Assembly (NCBI GenBank): GCA_014871645.1
Contig: WGSN01000007.1
Location: forward strand, 16,378-80,377
DNA: 64,000 nt
Direction: 5' to 3'
Origin: Collinsella sp.
GTDB lineage: Bacteria; Actinomycetota; Coriobacteriia; Coriobacteriales; Coriobacteriaceae
The notes below the pieces were generated by a model. That model saw only the letters and a program-made list of their open reading frames with translations. It did not search any database and was not told the origin of the DNA. The position numbers were made by a program, and so were the translations under genes. Positions 1 to 8,926 of this stretch are shown in pieces; the first letter of the stretch is position 1, and each line of letters opens with the position of its first letter.

Positions 1-38
1 TGCCCCGCCCCGCCAATTACGACTTGTTCGCTGACCTG

Positions 39-2870
39 TTACTCCCCCAGCAGGGCCTTCTCGGGCGTGATCGGCAGCGAGCGAACCTGATGGCCGGTGG
101 CGTGCGCCACGGCCGAGGCAACGGCAGCGAGCGGCGTGTTGATGACGACCTCGCCGATCGACTTGGCGCCAAACGGGCCCGTCGGCTCGTAGCTCGGCTC
201 AAAGGCCACGCGAATGCTGCCGATATCCAGGCGCGTGGGCAGCTTGTAGCTCATAAAGTTGCCGGTGCGCAGGCGGCCGCGGTCATCATGCTCAACAATC
301 TCGTAGAGCGCGTGACCGATACCCTGGGCAATGCCGCCCTCGGCCTGAACGCGCGCGAGCGCCTCGTTGATCACGGTGCCGCAGTCCACAGCCGCCGCGT
401 AGTCCACCACAGTCACCTTGCCGGTGGCCTTGTCGACCTCGACCTCGGCAATGCCGGCCATAAACGGCGGGGGCGAAACGGGCAGGCAGGCTGAGGCGTG
501 CGAGGTGAGCGCGTCGCCGCCCGCGATGTTCTTGACGCACAGGTTGGCAAAGTCGCGCAGCGTGAGGTAGCGGTTCTGCTCGCGCGCGGCACGCTCGTCG
601 GACAGGCGCACGTACTGGCCATCGAAGACCACGTCGGCGGCGTCCACGTCCCACATCTGGGCGGCCTTGGCGCAGATTTTCTCACGCAACTCGGTCGCGG
701 CGTTCTTGGCGGCAAGGCCCGTCACGTACGTACCCGAGCTCGCGTACGAGCCGGCATCGAACGGCGACACGTCGGTGTCCACGCCGCGCACCACGATAAG
801 CGAGCTCTCCACGCCCAGCTCCTCGGCGGCAATCTGCGCCAGAATCGTGTCGACGCCCATGCCGTTATCGGTGGCGCCGGTGCCGATGGTAATGAAGCCG
901 TCCTCTTCCAGGCGCATGTCGATGCCGGCGATGTCCACGTTGGAGATGCCCGAGCCCTGCATAGTGAGCGCGCAGCCCAGGGCGCGCACGCGGTCGCCCA
1001 GGTCCATGGCCAGCGGCTTGTCGCGCCAACCGATCATGTCCATCGCGCGCAGCAGGCAGCGGTCGAGCGCGCAGGCGTTGAGCTTTTCGTTGTAGTACTG
1101 CGGCATGACCTCGCCCTCGCGCACAATGTTCTTAAGGCGCAGGTCGGCGGGGTCCATGTGCAGCATGTCGGCGAGCTCGTTGACGGCGCTCTCCACGGCA
1201 AACTGGCCCTGGGTGGCACCGTAGCCGCGATACGCACCGCCACGGTTGGTATTGGTGTAGACGGCGTCCCAGCTAAAGCGGCTCGCCTTCACGTGGTTGT
1301 AGATGGGCAGGCTCTTGTGGCCCGAAAGGCCGATCGTCGTGGTGGCATGCTCGCCATAGGCGCCGGCGTTGGACAGCGTATGCAGGTCGATGGCCGTGAT
1401 GGTGCCGTCGTTCATGGCGCCCAGCTTAACGGTCATCTGCATCTGGTGGCGCGAGTTGCCGGCGGTGATGGTCTCCTCACGGGTGTAGCAGCAATAGCTC
1501 GGACGGCCGGTCTGCTGGGTGACGAACGCCACGAAGATCTCGCAGCAGCCCGTCTGCTTGGAGCCAAAGCCGCCGCCGATGCGCGGCTTAATGACCTGCA
1601 CCTGCGACTGCGGAATGTCAAGCGACTGCGCGACCATGCGGCGCACGTGGAAGGGCACCTGCGTAGAGGTGGTCACCGAGATGCGGCCGAAGGCGTCGGT
1701 CGTCGCGAAGGCACGGAAGGTCTCCATGGGCGCGGTCTGCGTGGCCTGGCTGGTGTAAGTGCGGGTGAAGACGATGTCGCTCTGGGCGAAGGCCTCGTCC
1801 AGATCGCCATAATCGCTGGTACCGCTGCACACCAGGTTGCGAGCAACGTCGCCGCCCTGCGGGAACATAAAGGTCACGTCGCCCTCGGGGTGGACCACGA
1901 TGTCGTTATCGAGTGCCTGGGTAAAGTCGAGCAGCGGCTCGAGCACCTCGTAGTCGACCTTGATGAGCTTGAGCGCCTTGTCGGCGGCCTCCTCGGTCTC
2001 GGCGGCGACGATCGCCACCTCCTCGTTTTGGTAACGGACGAGGTTCTCGAGAATCAGGCGGTCGTAGGGACTCGGCTGCGGATAGCTCTGGCCGGCGATG
2101 GTAAAGCGGCGCTGGGGCACGTCCTCGTAGGTGTATACGCCCACGACGCCGGGCACCTTCAGGGCGCGAGACGTATCGATGGAGCGGATCTTGGCACGCG
2201 CATACGGGCTGCGCTTGAGCTTAACGATGAGCGCGCCGGCGGGCACCATGTCGCCCGTGTAGACGGGACGACCCTCGAGCAGAGCCTTCGAATCCTTCTT
2301 GGCCTGCTTGTGAGTGATCTGCTTGTACGCGACACCATCGGAGCTGGTGTTATTGACCGGCAGCTCGGGCATCTCGAAACCCACCTGCACGCCGGACTCG
2401 TTGAGAAAACGGACGATGGCGCGCAGCTGGCTCTCGTAGCCGCTGCAACGGCAGAGGTTGCCGGCAAGCTGGCGCGAGAGCTCCTCGCGCGTGGCGACGA
2501 GGCTTGGGTCCTCCTTGGCGGCGCGGGCAAGCGCCAGCACGTTCATGATGAGGCCGGGGGCGCAAAAACCGCACTGCTCGGCGCCTTCGGCAGCCATCGC
2601 GCGGGCCAGTGCCTCGGATTCGGCCTTAAGGCCCTCGAGCGTGGTGATGGTATGGTCCTCAACACGGGCGGCGGGAACCGAGCAGCTCAGCACCGGATCG
2701 CCGTCGAGCCACACCGTGCACAGACCGCAGTTGGTGGTCTCGCAGGCGCAGCGCACCGACGCGCAGCCCTGCTCGCGCAGCAGCGCAAAGAGCATGGTAT
2801 CGGGGGCAATCTGAACCTTGACCTTGCGGCCGTTGAGTGTAAAGGAAAGATCGATGAGTTTGGCAGCCAT
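39..2870 (-). CDS. Xanthine dehydrogenase family molybdopterin-binding subunit with fused N-terminal 2x[2Fe-2S] domain (XdhD-like)
   Basis: N-terminal CxxxxCGLC..C and QCGFC..LCRC motifs; RIGGGFGSK, AYRGYG and GAKSIGE Mo-hydroxylase motifs; 943 aa. Confidence 0.9.
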   Translation of the reverse strand: MAAKLIDLSFTLNGRKVKVQIAPDTMLFALLREQGCASVRCACETTNCGLCTVWLDGDPVLSCSVPAARVEDHTITTLEGLKAESEALARAMAAEGAEQCGFCAPGLIMNVLALARAAKEDPSLVATREELSRQLAGNLCRCSGYESQLRAIVRFLNESGVQVGFEMPELPVNNTSSDGVAYKQITHKQAKKDSKALLEGRPVYTGDMVPAGALIVKLKRSPYARAKIRSIDTSRALKVPGVVGVYTYEDVPQRRFTIAGQSYPQPSPYDRLILENLVRYQNEEVAIVAAETEEAADKALKLIKVDYEVLEPLLDFTQALDNDIVVHPEGDVTFMFPQGGDVARNLVCSGTSDYGDLDEAFAQSDIVFTRTYTSQATQTAPMETFRAFATTDAFGRISVTTSTQVPFHVRRMVAQSLDIPQSQVQVIKPRIGGGFGSKQTGCCEIFVAFVTQQTGRPSYCCYTREETITAGNSRHQMQMTVKLGAMNDGTITAIDLHTLSNAGAYGEHATTTIGLSGHKSLPIYNHVKASRFSWDAVYTNTNRGGAYRGYGATQGQFAVESAVNELADMLHMDPADLRLKNIVREGEVMPQYYNEKLNACALDRCLLRAMDMIGWRDKPLAMDLGDRVRALGCALTMQGSGISNVDIAGIDMRLEEDGFITIGTGATDNGMGVDTILAQIAAEELGVESSLIVVRGVDTDVSPFDAGSYASSGTYVTGLAAKNAATELREKICAKAAQMWDVDAADVVFDGQYVRLSDERAAREQNRYLTLRDFANLCVKNIAGGDALTSHASACLPVSPPPFMAGIAEVEVDKATGKVTVVDYAAAVDCGTVINEALARVQAEGGIAQGIGHALYEIVEHDDRGRLRTGNFMSYKLPTRLDIGSIRVAFEPSYEPTGPFGAKSIGEVVINTPLAAVASAVAHATGHQVRSLPITPEKALLGE

Positions 2871-3772
2871 TAGCGCACCTCGCTAGAATCGACGCCGGGC
2901 ACGCGGCGGCAGGAATACTCGTCCGTGGCAAACTTAGGAATCTGCACGCACTCGAGCTCGCGGGCAAGCGCGGCCGAAAGCTCGATGCCGGCGGCGCGAC
3001 GCACAGCCTGGACGGCAAGCGGGGCCGAGATGCGGCGGCGGTAGTCGGCCGAGCCCCACAGGTTGGTGCCGTAGCTCAGTGCGCGCACGGATGCGGCCAG
3101 GGCGCGAAGCTCGTCCTCGGAAGGATGCTCGCCGGTAAGGCCACATGCCTCGCCCTGCAGCAGAGTCGCGCGCAGCGGGCGGGCGCCCACGGTGACATGC
3201 CAGGTGTTATCCCACCAGGCGGCGGTGACGTTGAGCGAGGGGAAGTCGGTCGCGGCCTTGCGCACGGCCTCGTAACTCGCACGGTAATCGTGCTTGACGA
3301 CCACGACATGCTCGATCACGTCGCGCACGTAGCCCATGTCCACGAACTCGGCGAGCGGCACGCGACCGGCGCCCGTCAGCTCAACATAGGAATCGAGCGC
3401 GAGGAAGGCGGAGAGAACGTCCGAGAAGCCAAAGCGGCCGTAGATGCTGCCGCCCACCGTGGCGGTATTGCGTAGCTGCACGCCCACGATGTCGTGGACG
3501 CCAAACTCAAAAACATTGTTGACAAGCGCGTTGAGCCCGGCATGACGCTCGAGCTGGCGCAGGGTGCACATGGCACCGATGCGAAACTCGGTCTCGGTCT
3601 CCTCGATCTGATCGAGTCCGCAGGCCGAAAGGTCAATCGCCGTCGCCACACGACGCGAACCCAGGCGCATCCAGATGCCGCCGCCCACAATCTTGTTGTT
3701 GCGGTTCTTCTGCAAGAGCTCATAGGCTTCGGCCGCGTTTCCAACACGGACGTAGGTACCGAACTTGAGCAC
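2870..3772 (-). CDS. FAD-binding subunit of molybdenum hydroxylase (YgfM/XdhB-like)
   Basis: IVGGG, IGAMCTL, QLRNTATVGGS motifs; stop overlaps the XdhD-like start; GTG start chosen from GGAG RBS (ORF extends to 3805). Confidence 0.85.
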   Translation of the reverse strand: MLKFGTYVRVGNAAEAYELLQKNRNNKIVGGGIWMRLGSRRVATAIDLSACGLDQIEETETEFRIGAMCTLRQLERHAGLNALVNNVFEFGVHDIVGVQLRNTATVGGSIYGRFGFSDVLSAFLALDSYVELTGAGRVPLAEFVDMGYVRDVIEHVVVVKHDYRASYEAVRKAATDFPSLNVTAAWWDNTWHVTVGARPLRATLLQGEACGLTGEHPSEDELRALAASVRALSYGTNLWGSADYRRRISAPLAVQAVRRAAGIELSAALARELECVQIPKFATDEYSCRRVPGVDSSEVR

Positions 3773-3864
3773 GTTCTCCCCCATCTCTCCACTTGTCCAG
3801 TTCATTTAAGTGTACCAAACGAGGGGCCGCACACCGTTTTAGGACAAAATCCACCCACCCATCC

Positions 3865-3937
3865 ATAACTTGCGGTGATATACGGACTGATTAGCCGTTC
3901 TGGAACGCAAAACAGTCCGTATTTCACCGCAAGTTAT
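3865..3937. repeat. R1 palindromic repeat copy A (63-bp core TTGCGGTG...CACCGCAA)
   Basis: 25-bp arms with 1 mismatch; same termini and core length as copies at 29356, 30665, 48921. Confidence 0.9.
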
Positions 3938-3956
3938 GAGGAGTCCTCCGGGATAG

Positions 3957-3987
3957 AAAAGGCTCCCAGCCAGATAGCTGGGAGCCT
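3957..3987 (-). terminator. Intrinsic terminator of gdhA
   Basis: AGGCTCCCAGC/GCTGGGAGCCT stem followed by a U tract on the minus strand. Confidence 0.75.
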
Positions 3988-4013
3988 CATCACATGCTAT
4001 GTCGAGCGAAGAT

Positions 4014-5369
4014 TTAGCAGACGCCCTGGGCGAGCATAGCGTCGGCGACCTTCAGGAAGCCGGCGATGTTTGCGCCCATGACGAAATTGCCCTCCTGGCC
4101 GTACTCCTTGGCGGTGTCGTCCACGTTGTGGAACATGCCGCGCATGAGCTGCTCGAGCTTGCCGTCGACCTCCTCGAAGGTCCAGGACAGGTGCTCGGCG
4201 TTCTGGCTCATCTCCAAGCCGGACACGAGCACGCCACCGGCGTTGGCAGCCTTACCAGGCATAAAGGCGACGCCGTTCTCCTGGAAGTAGGTCGTGGCCT
4301 CGATGGTCGTGGGCATGTTCGCGCCCTCGCCGACCACCTTGCAGCCGTTGGCGACGAGCGCCTGGGCGTCCTCGAGCAGCAGCGTGTTCTCGCGAGCGCA
4401 GGGCAGCGCGATGTCGCAGGGCAGCTGCCACACGCCGCGGCCGTCGCCCTCGTGCCACACGGCGTTGGGCTTCTCGTCAACGTACATGGCGAGCGTAACG
4501 CCCTTGTCGTGGCCGGAGCGCTTCTTGTTGTAGACGTGCTCGAGCACGGTGTAGTCGATGCCGTCGGGATCCTCGACCCAGCCATGGGTGTCGGAGCAGG
4601 CCAGCACCTTGCCGCCGAGCTGGGAGACCTTCTGGACCGCGTAGATGGCGACGTTACCGGAGCCGTGAACGACGACGTTCTTGCCCTCGAAGGAGTCGCC
4701 GCGGCTCTTGAGGTACTCGTCCACAAAGTAGGCCAGGCCGTAGCCGGTGGCCTCGGTACGGGCGAGCGAGCCGCCAAAAGAGAGGCCCTTGCCGGTAAGG
4801 ACGCCGGTCCACTCGTTGGTCAGGCGCTTGTACTGACCGAACAGGTAGGCAACCTCGCGGCCGCCAACGCCCAGGTCACCGGCGGGAACGTCGGTGTTGG
4901 GGCCAATGTGGCGATAGAGCTCGGTCATGAAGGACTGGCAGAAGTGCATGATCTCGTTGTTGGACTTGCCCTTGGGGTCAAAGTCGGAGCCGCCCTTGCC
5001 GCCGCCCATGGGAAGGGTGGTCAGGCTGTTCTTGAGGATCTGCTCCAGACCCAGGAACTTGAGCATACCCAGGGTGACCGTCGGGTTAAAGCGCAGGCCG
5101 CCCTTGTAGGGTCCAATGGCAGAGTTGAACTCGACACGGTAACCGCGATTGACCTGAACCTTGCCCTGGTCGTCGACCCAGGGAACACGGAACATAACGA
5201 TGCGCTCGGGCTCGACGAGGCGCTCAAGCAGGGCGGCCTCCTCGTACTCGGGATGGGCGTCGAGCGCCGGCTGGATGGTGCCGAGGATCTCGGTCGCGGC
5301 CTGGATGAACTCAGGCTGCTCGGGATAGCGGGCCTTGAGCTCGTCGAGAACTTTCTGCGTGTAGCTCAT
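4014..5369 (-). CDS. gdhA: NADP-specific glutamate dehydrogenase
   Basis: GPYKGGLRF, GGGKGGSDFDP, RTEATGYG, GKAANAGGV motifs. Confidence 0.97.
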   Translation of the reverse strand: MSYTQKVLDELKARYPEQPEFIQAATEILGTIQPALDAHPEYEEAALLERLVEPERIVMFRVPWVDDQGKVQVNRGYRVEFNSAIGPYKGGLRFNPTVTLGMLKFLGLEQILKNSLTTLPMGGGKGGSDFDPKGKSNNEIMHFCQSFMTELYRHIGPNTDVPAGDLGVGGREVAYLFGQYKRLTNEWTGVLTGKGLSFGGSLARTEATGYGLAYFVDEYLKSRGDSFEGKNVVVHGSGNVAIYAVQKVSQLGGKVLACSDTHGWVEDPDGIDYTVLEHVYNKKRSGHDKGVTLAMYVDEKPNAVWHEGDGRGVWQLPCDIALPCARENTLLLEDAQALVANGCKVVGEGANMPTTIEATTYFQENGVAFMPGKAANAGGVLVSGLEMSQNAEHLSWTFEEVDGKLEQLMRGMFHNVDDTAKEYGQEGNFVMGANIAGFLKVADAMLAQGVC

Positions 5370-5583
5370 GCTTCCTCCAATTGATGGAAAAGAAAAGTGT
5401 CGTTCGAGGCGCCCCATGCGCCCCGAGCTTTATCGAGTATGGATAATATCGCACTGTTGCAGCAAAGTTTCGCATAAGCCGACGAGCAGATGTTTCGTTT
5501 TGATTACGATGCAGGTAGAAGCGTTTTTGAGTGCCTGACGTGCAAAACCCGTGTTTCAAACCTGTTTCGTCCACGTGTTCTAA

Positions 5584-5618
5584 ACCACCACATTGGGGAC
5601 AGGCACCTTTGTGGTGGT
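5584..5618. repeat. Short palindrome with GGGGACAGGCACC centre (REP-like, R3)
   Basis: ACCACCACA/TGTGGTGGT arms; just past the DUF3343 stop. Confidence 0.45.
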
Positions 5619-5626
5619 GTTGGTGG

Positions 5627-6022
5627 TTAGAGGACGAGCTGATGGTAGTCGGCAGGGGTTATGCGGCCCTCGGTGGCGGCGCGGAAGGCGGCGAGCGCAT
5701 CGCCCGAGAACGGCATGGCCCAGCACAGGCCGCAGCCTGCGGTAATGGAGCCGGGCAAAGGCATAATGCGCCCGGGCACGCCGGCGGCAACACACAGCTG
5801 CTCGCATTCCATCACATCGAAGGTGCTGTCGAACGAAACGATAATCTTGCGCTCGTGGTCGAGGGCATCACCGGACGGGCCTTCGCGGTGTGCCTCACGA
5901 TACGCCGCGGCGGCCGCTTCCTCTTCCGCAGTATGTCCACAGCCACCGCAGCCGCAGGTACAGGGCTCGGAACCATCGCAAGTGCAAGGCTCTCCCGTGT
6001 CGGGACAAATATCGTGAGACAT
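5627..6022 (-). CDS. DUF3343-family protein with Cys-rich N-terminal extension
   Basis: FDSTFDVM..E...GRIMPLPGSITAGCGL motif, shared with the paralog at 33625-33876. Confidence 0.75.
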   Translation of the reverse strand: MSHDICPDTGEPCTCDGSEPCTCGCGGCGHTAEEEAAAAAYREAHREGPSGDALDHERKIIVSFDSTFDVMECEQLCVAAGVPGRIMPLPGSITAGCGLCWAMPFSGDALAAFRAATEGRITPADYHQLVL

Positions 6023-6037
6023 GGCAACTCCAATCGT

Positions 6038-6670
6038 CTAGGCGAGTAACTCGGCCGCCGCAAACTCCTCGGGTGTATTGACGTTTTCGAAGCAGAGCGT
6101 CGAGCCGGCGACCTTAACAATCTGCGGCTCATCCATATAACCAGCCTGAACGCGATTGATCAGGCAGCGAATGCGCTGGCGGTCGCAGGCGAGCAGCTCA
6201 TGGGCAACCGGCGCACACGCGTCACGGCGCCAGACGGCGCAAAGCGGCTCAATCCCCCGCTCCTCGCACGGCACGCACACGTCGAGCGCCTCGGCCTCAA
6301 CACGATCGGCAAGCGCGCCGATAAGTTCCGGCGAGACAAACGGCATATCGCAGGCGACAATCGCCACGAGCGGCAATCGGGCCGCAGTCAGCGAACTCGC
6401 GATGCCGCGCATGGCACCCGCCGGTCCTTCAAGGTCCGCCACCACACGCGGCACCAGGCCGCCAAACGTGCGCTCCTCAAGATAGACAAGCTCGCTGGGA
6501 CGCGAAGTCGTCACGACCAACTCGCCGGCAACTGGCGCCAGCCGGCCCAGCACGCGCTCGATGAGCGGCTCGCCGCAAAACGCCATGCGCGCCTTATCGC
6601 AGCCCATGCGCGACGACAACCCGCCCGCCTGGACGACACAAGAAAGATCGGCACGTCTTACGGTAGTCAT
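6038..6670 (-). CDS. mobA: Molybdenum cofactor guanylyltransferase
   Basis: AGGLSSRMGCDKA, ACDMPF, EPLCAVW, NVNTPEE motifs; GGAGG RBS. Confidence 0.9.
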   Translation of the reverse strand: MTTVRRADLSCVVQAGGLSSRMGCDKARMAFCGEPLIERVLGRLAPVAGELVVTTSRPSELVYLEERTFGGLVPRVVADLEGPAGAMRGIASSLTAARLPLVAIVACDMPFVSPELIGALADRVEAEALDVCVPCEERGIEPLCAVWRRDACAPVAHELLACDRQRIRCLINRVQAGYMDEPQIVKVAGSTLCFENVNTPEEFAAAELLA

Positions 6671-6825
6671 ACGACAAAACACCTCCATCGGCATGCTCGA
6701 AACCCGATGCACGAAGCCAGATACCGTCGCCGATAAAGCGGGCGGCACGGCAAACCTGTGCAAAAACAAAACAGCGCCTTTGCGGCACGCAGCAAGACCG
6801 CGAGCACAAAAGCGCTGGTAGCGTA

Positions 6826-6922
6826 TGGCGGGAACGTATGTGAATCGAACACATCCAAGACGTTTTGCACGCCTCGCAACGGTTTTGAGGACCGCGGAGC
6901 CCACCGGAGCCCATCCGTTCCC
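6826..6922 (-). tRNA. selC: tRNA-Sec (anticodon UCA)
   Basis: Folds as 8/5 tRNA-Sec: 6-bp D stem with CGGU loop, long variable arm, UUCGAUU T loop, G73-CCA; directly downstream of selB. Confidence 0.93.
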
Positions 6923-6958
6923 AAGTGCGGCGGTATTTTACCAAACCGAGCAGCCAAT

Positions 6959-8926
6959 CTAGCGCAGGGAGCGCAGGCCGCCGGCATCCTTGTCGAGCAC
7001 CGTAAAGCGCACGGCATCCAGGTGCTCCAAGATGCTGATGGCGCGTCTGCGCGACACACCCAGGGCCTCGCGCAGCACGCTCGTGGTCGCAGCGCCGCCG
7101 GCTGCCTCAATGGCGACGGCGACGAGCTCACGCGCATGGGCCTCGGCGGCGGCAGACAGGGCAACGTCGCGCTCGACCTTAACGATCGAGCGGTTGAGCG
7201 AAAGCTCGCGCAGGGCACGCGTCATGGTGTCGCGACCGAGCTGCAGCTGTTCGCCCACCTCGGGAAGCGCCGGTGCATCCAGGCCAGCCTCGTCAAGCAG
7301 CGCGACGATGCGCTCGCAAGCCTCTCGCACCACGCGTGCCGCCGCGGCGGCCGAATGCGGATCGAATACCTCGGCGCCCTCGGCGGCGCACACGCCACGC
7401 GAGCAGCCCTCGGCAATCAGAGCCGAGGCAACGCCTTCATCAGCGGCAGGCCACGCAGCATGGGCAACGGCGCCAGGCGTAAAGCCCGTCTCCTTGGGGG
7501 CAGCCGCGTGCATGGCGGACAGGGTCGCCGCCAGCGTACCCATCGCGGCATCGAGCGCGGAAGCATCTGCATACAGCGAGCCATCCGAGCCAGCAAGCGC
7601 GCAAGCAGCGCCCTTCGCCACCAACTCGCGCAACGCCGCCTCAGCCTCACCGGCAACAAGATCGAGCGCCGCGGTAACATCGGCAGCCGCAACCGGCAGC
7701 GCTTGCAGCGCCAGCCACGCATCCACCGCGCACGCAATATCTCCAGCCTCGAGCGCCACATACAGCGCACGCTCTCCTTCGGCAAGCTCGCGCGAACGAC
7801 GGCAACGCGAAAGCAGCACACGCCCGCCGCCAATGAGCATAACGGGCGAATACGACAGCACCACAGCATGGTCTCCGGCTCGCAGCGGCAGCGGCTCCTC
7901 CAAGCGCACCTGCACGGTACGGGTCTCGCCCACCGCCATGGGGGCCTCGCCCTCCATAAGCATGATGCGGCCGACAACCTCGGCCGTACCCGCCATCACA
8001 TGCACGCGCGCGCCCGACTCGAGCACACGCGGTTTAGCGCCCTCGCGGCCCAGGTAGGTAAACGTCATCATAAAGCGCAGCGTCTGACCAAAACGGCCCT
8101 CCACGCCGAGCATCTCGCCGCGATCGAGTGCGGCGACAGCATCGCCCACCAAGTTGAGCGCCACACGCTGACCGGGCAACGCCTGCTGCGTGTCGCCATG
8201 CACCTGGATCCCGCGTACGCGGCAGACCGTGCGCGACGGCAGCGCGACGAGCTCATCGCCCACCGCAACCGGCGCATCGTGCAGCGTTCCCGTCACGACG
8301 GTGCCGGCGCCCTTGATCGTAAAGCAGCGGTCAATCGGCAGGCGCGGCGCGGCATCGCTCCGCTCGACACGCTCGCGACAGGTATCCCAGCAGACACCCA
8401 CCTGCTCGTCGAGCACCGCAAGCAGCCCGTCAATCCCCTCGCCCGTCTTAGACGACACGGGCACAATTGGCGCGCCCTCAAACACGGTACCCGACAAAAA
8501 GTCATCGACATCGAGCTCGGCAAGCTCGGTCATCTCGGCGTCGGCCAGATCACACATCGTCAGCGCGACCACCATATGCGTGACGCCCAGCAGCTCCAGC
8601 ACATGCACGTGCTCGCGGGTCTGCGGCATCACGCCCTCGACGGCCGAAACCACCAGCACGGCAACGTCGATGCCCGTGGCACCCTGCACCATGGCGCGCA
8701 GGTAATGCGCGTGGCCCGGCACGTCGACCAGGCCAACGATCTTGCCACTCGGCAGCGCCAGCTCGCCAAAGCCCAGCTCCACCGTCATGCCGCGACGGCG
8801 CTCGACCTCCAGACGATCGGGATTCTTGCCGGTCAGCGCCTCGATCAGCGCCGACTTACCGTGGTCAACGTGGCCCGCCGTGCCAACGATAACGGGACAC
8901 TCCACCAGCGCCTGAACCTCACTCAT
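6959..8926 (-). CDS. selB: Selenocysteine-specific elongation factor
   Basis: GTAGHVDHGKS, DVPGH, C-terminal winged helix (LGVSRRRAISILEHLD). Confidence 0.97.
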   Translation of the reverse strand: MSEVQALVECPVIVGTAGHVDHGKSALIEALTGKNPDRLEVERRRGMTVELGFGELALPSGKIVGLVDVPGHAHYLRAMVQGATGIDVAVLVVSAVEGVMPQTREHVHVLELLGVTHMVVALTMCDLADAEMTELAELDVDDFLSGTVFEGAPIVPVSSKTGEGIDGLLAVLDEQVGVCWDTCRERVERSDAAPRLPIDRCFTIKGAGTVVTGTLHDAPVAVGDELVALPSRTVCRVRGIQVHGDTQQALPGQRVALNLVGDAVAALDRGEMLGVEGRFGQTLRFMMTFTYLGREGAKPRVLESGARVHVMAGTAEVVGRIMLMEGEAPMAVGETRTVQVRLEEPLPLRAGDHAVVLSYSPVMLIGGGRVLLSRCRRSRELAEGERALYVALEAGDIACAVDAWLALQALPVAAADVTAALDLVAGEAEAALRELVAKGAACALAGSDGSLYADASALDAAMGTLAATLSAMHAAAPKETGFTPGAVAHAAWPAADEGVASALIAEGCSRGVCAAEGAEVFDPHSAAAAARVVREACERIVALLDEAGLDAPALPEVGEQLQLGRDTMTRALRELSLNRSIVKVERDVALSAAAEAHARELVAVAIEAAGGAATTSVLREALGVSRRRAISILEHLDAVRFTVLDKDAGGLRSLR

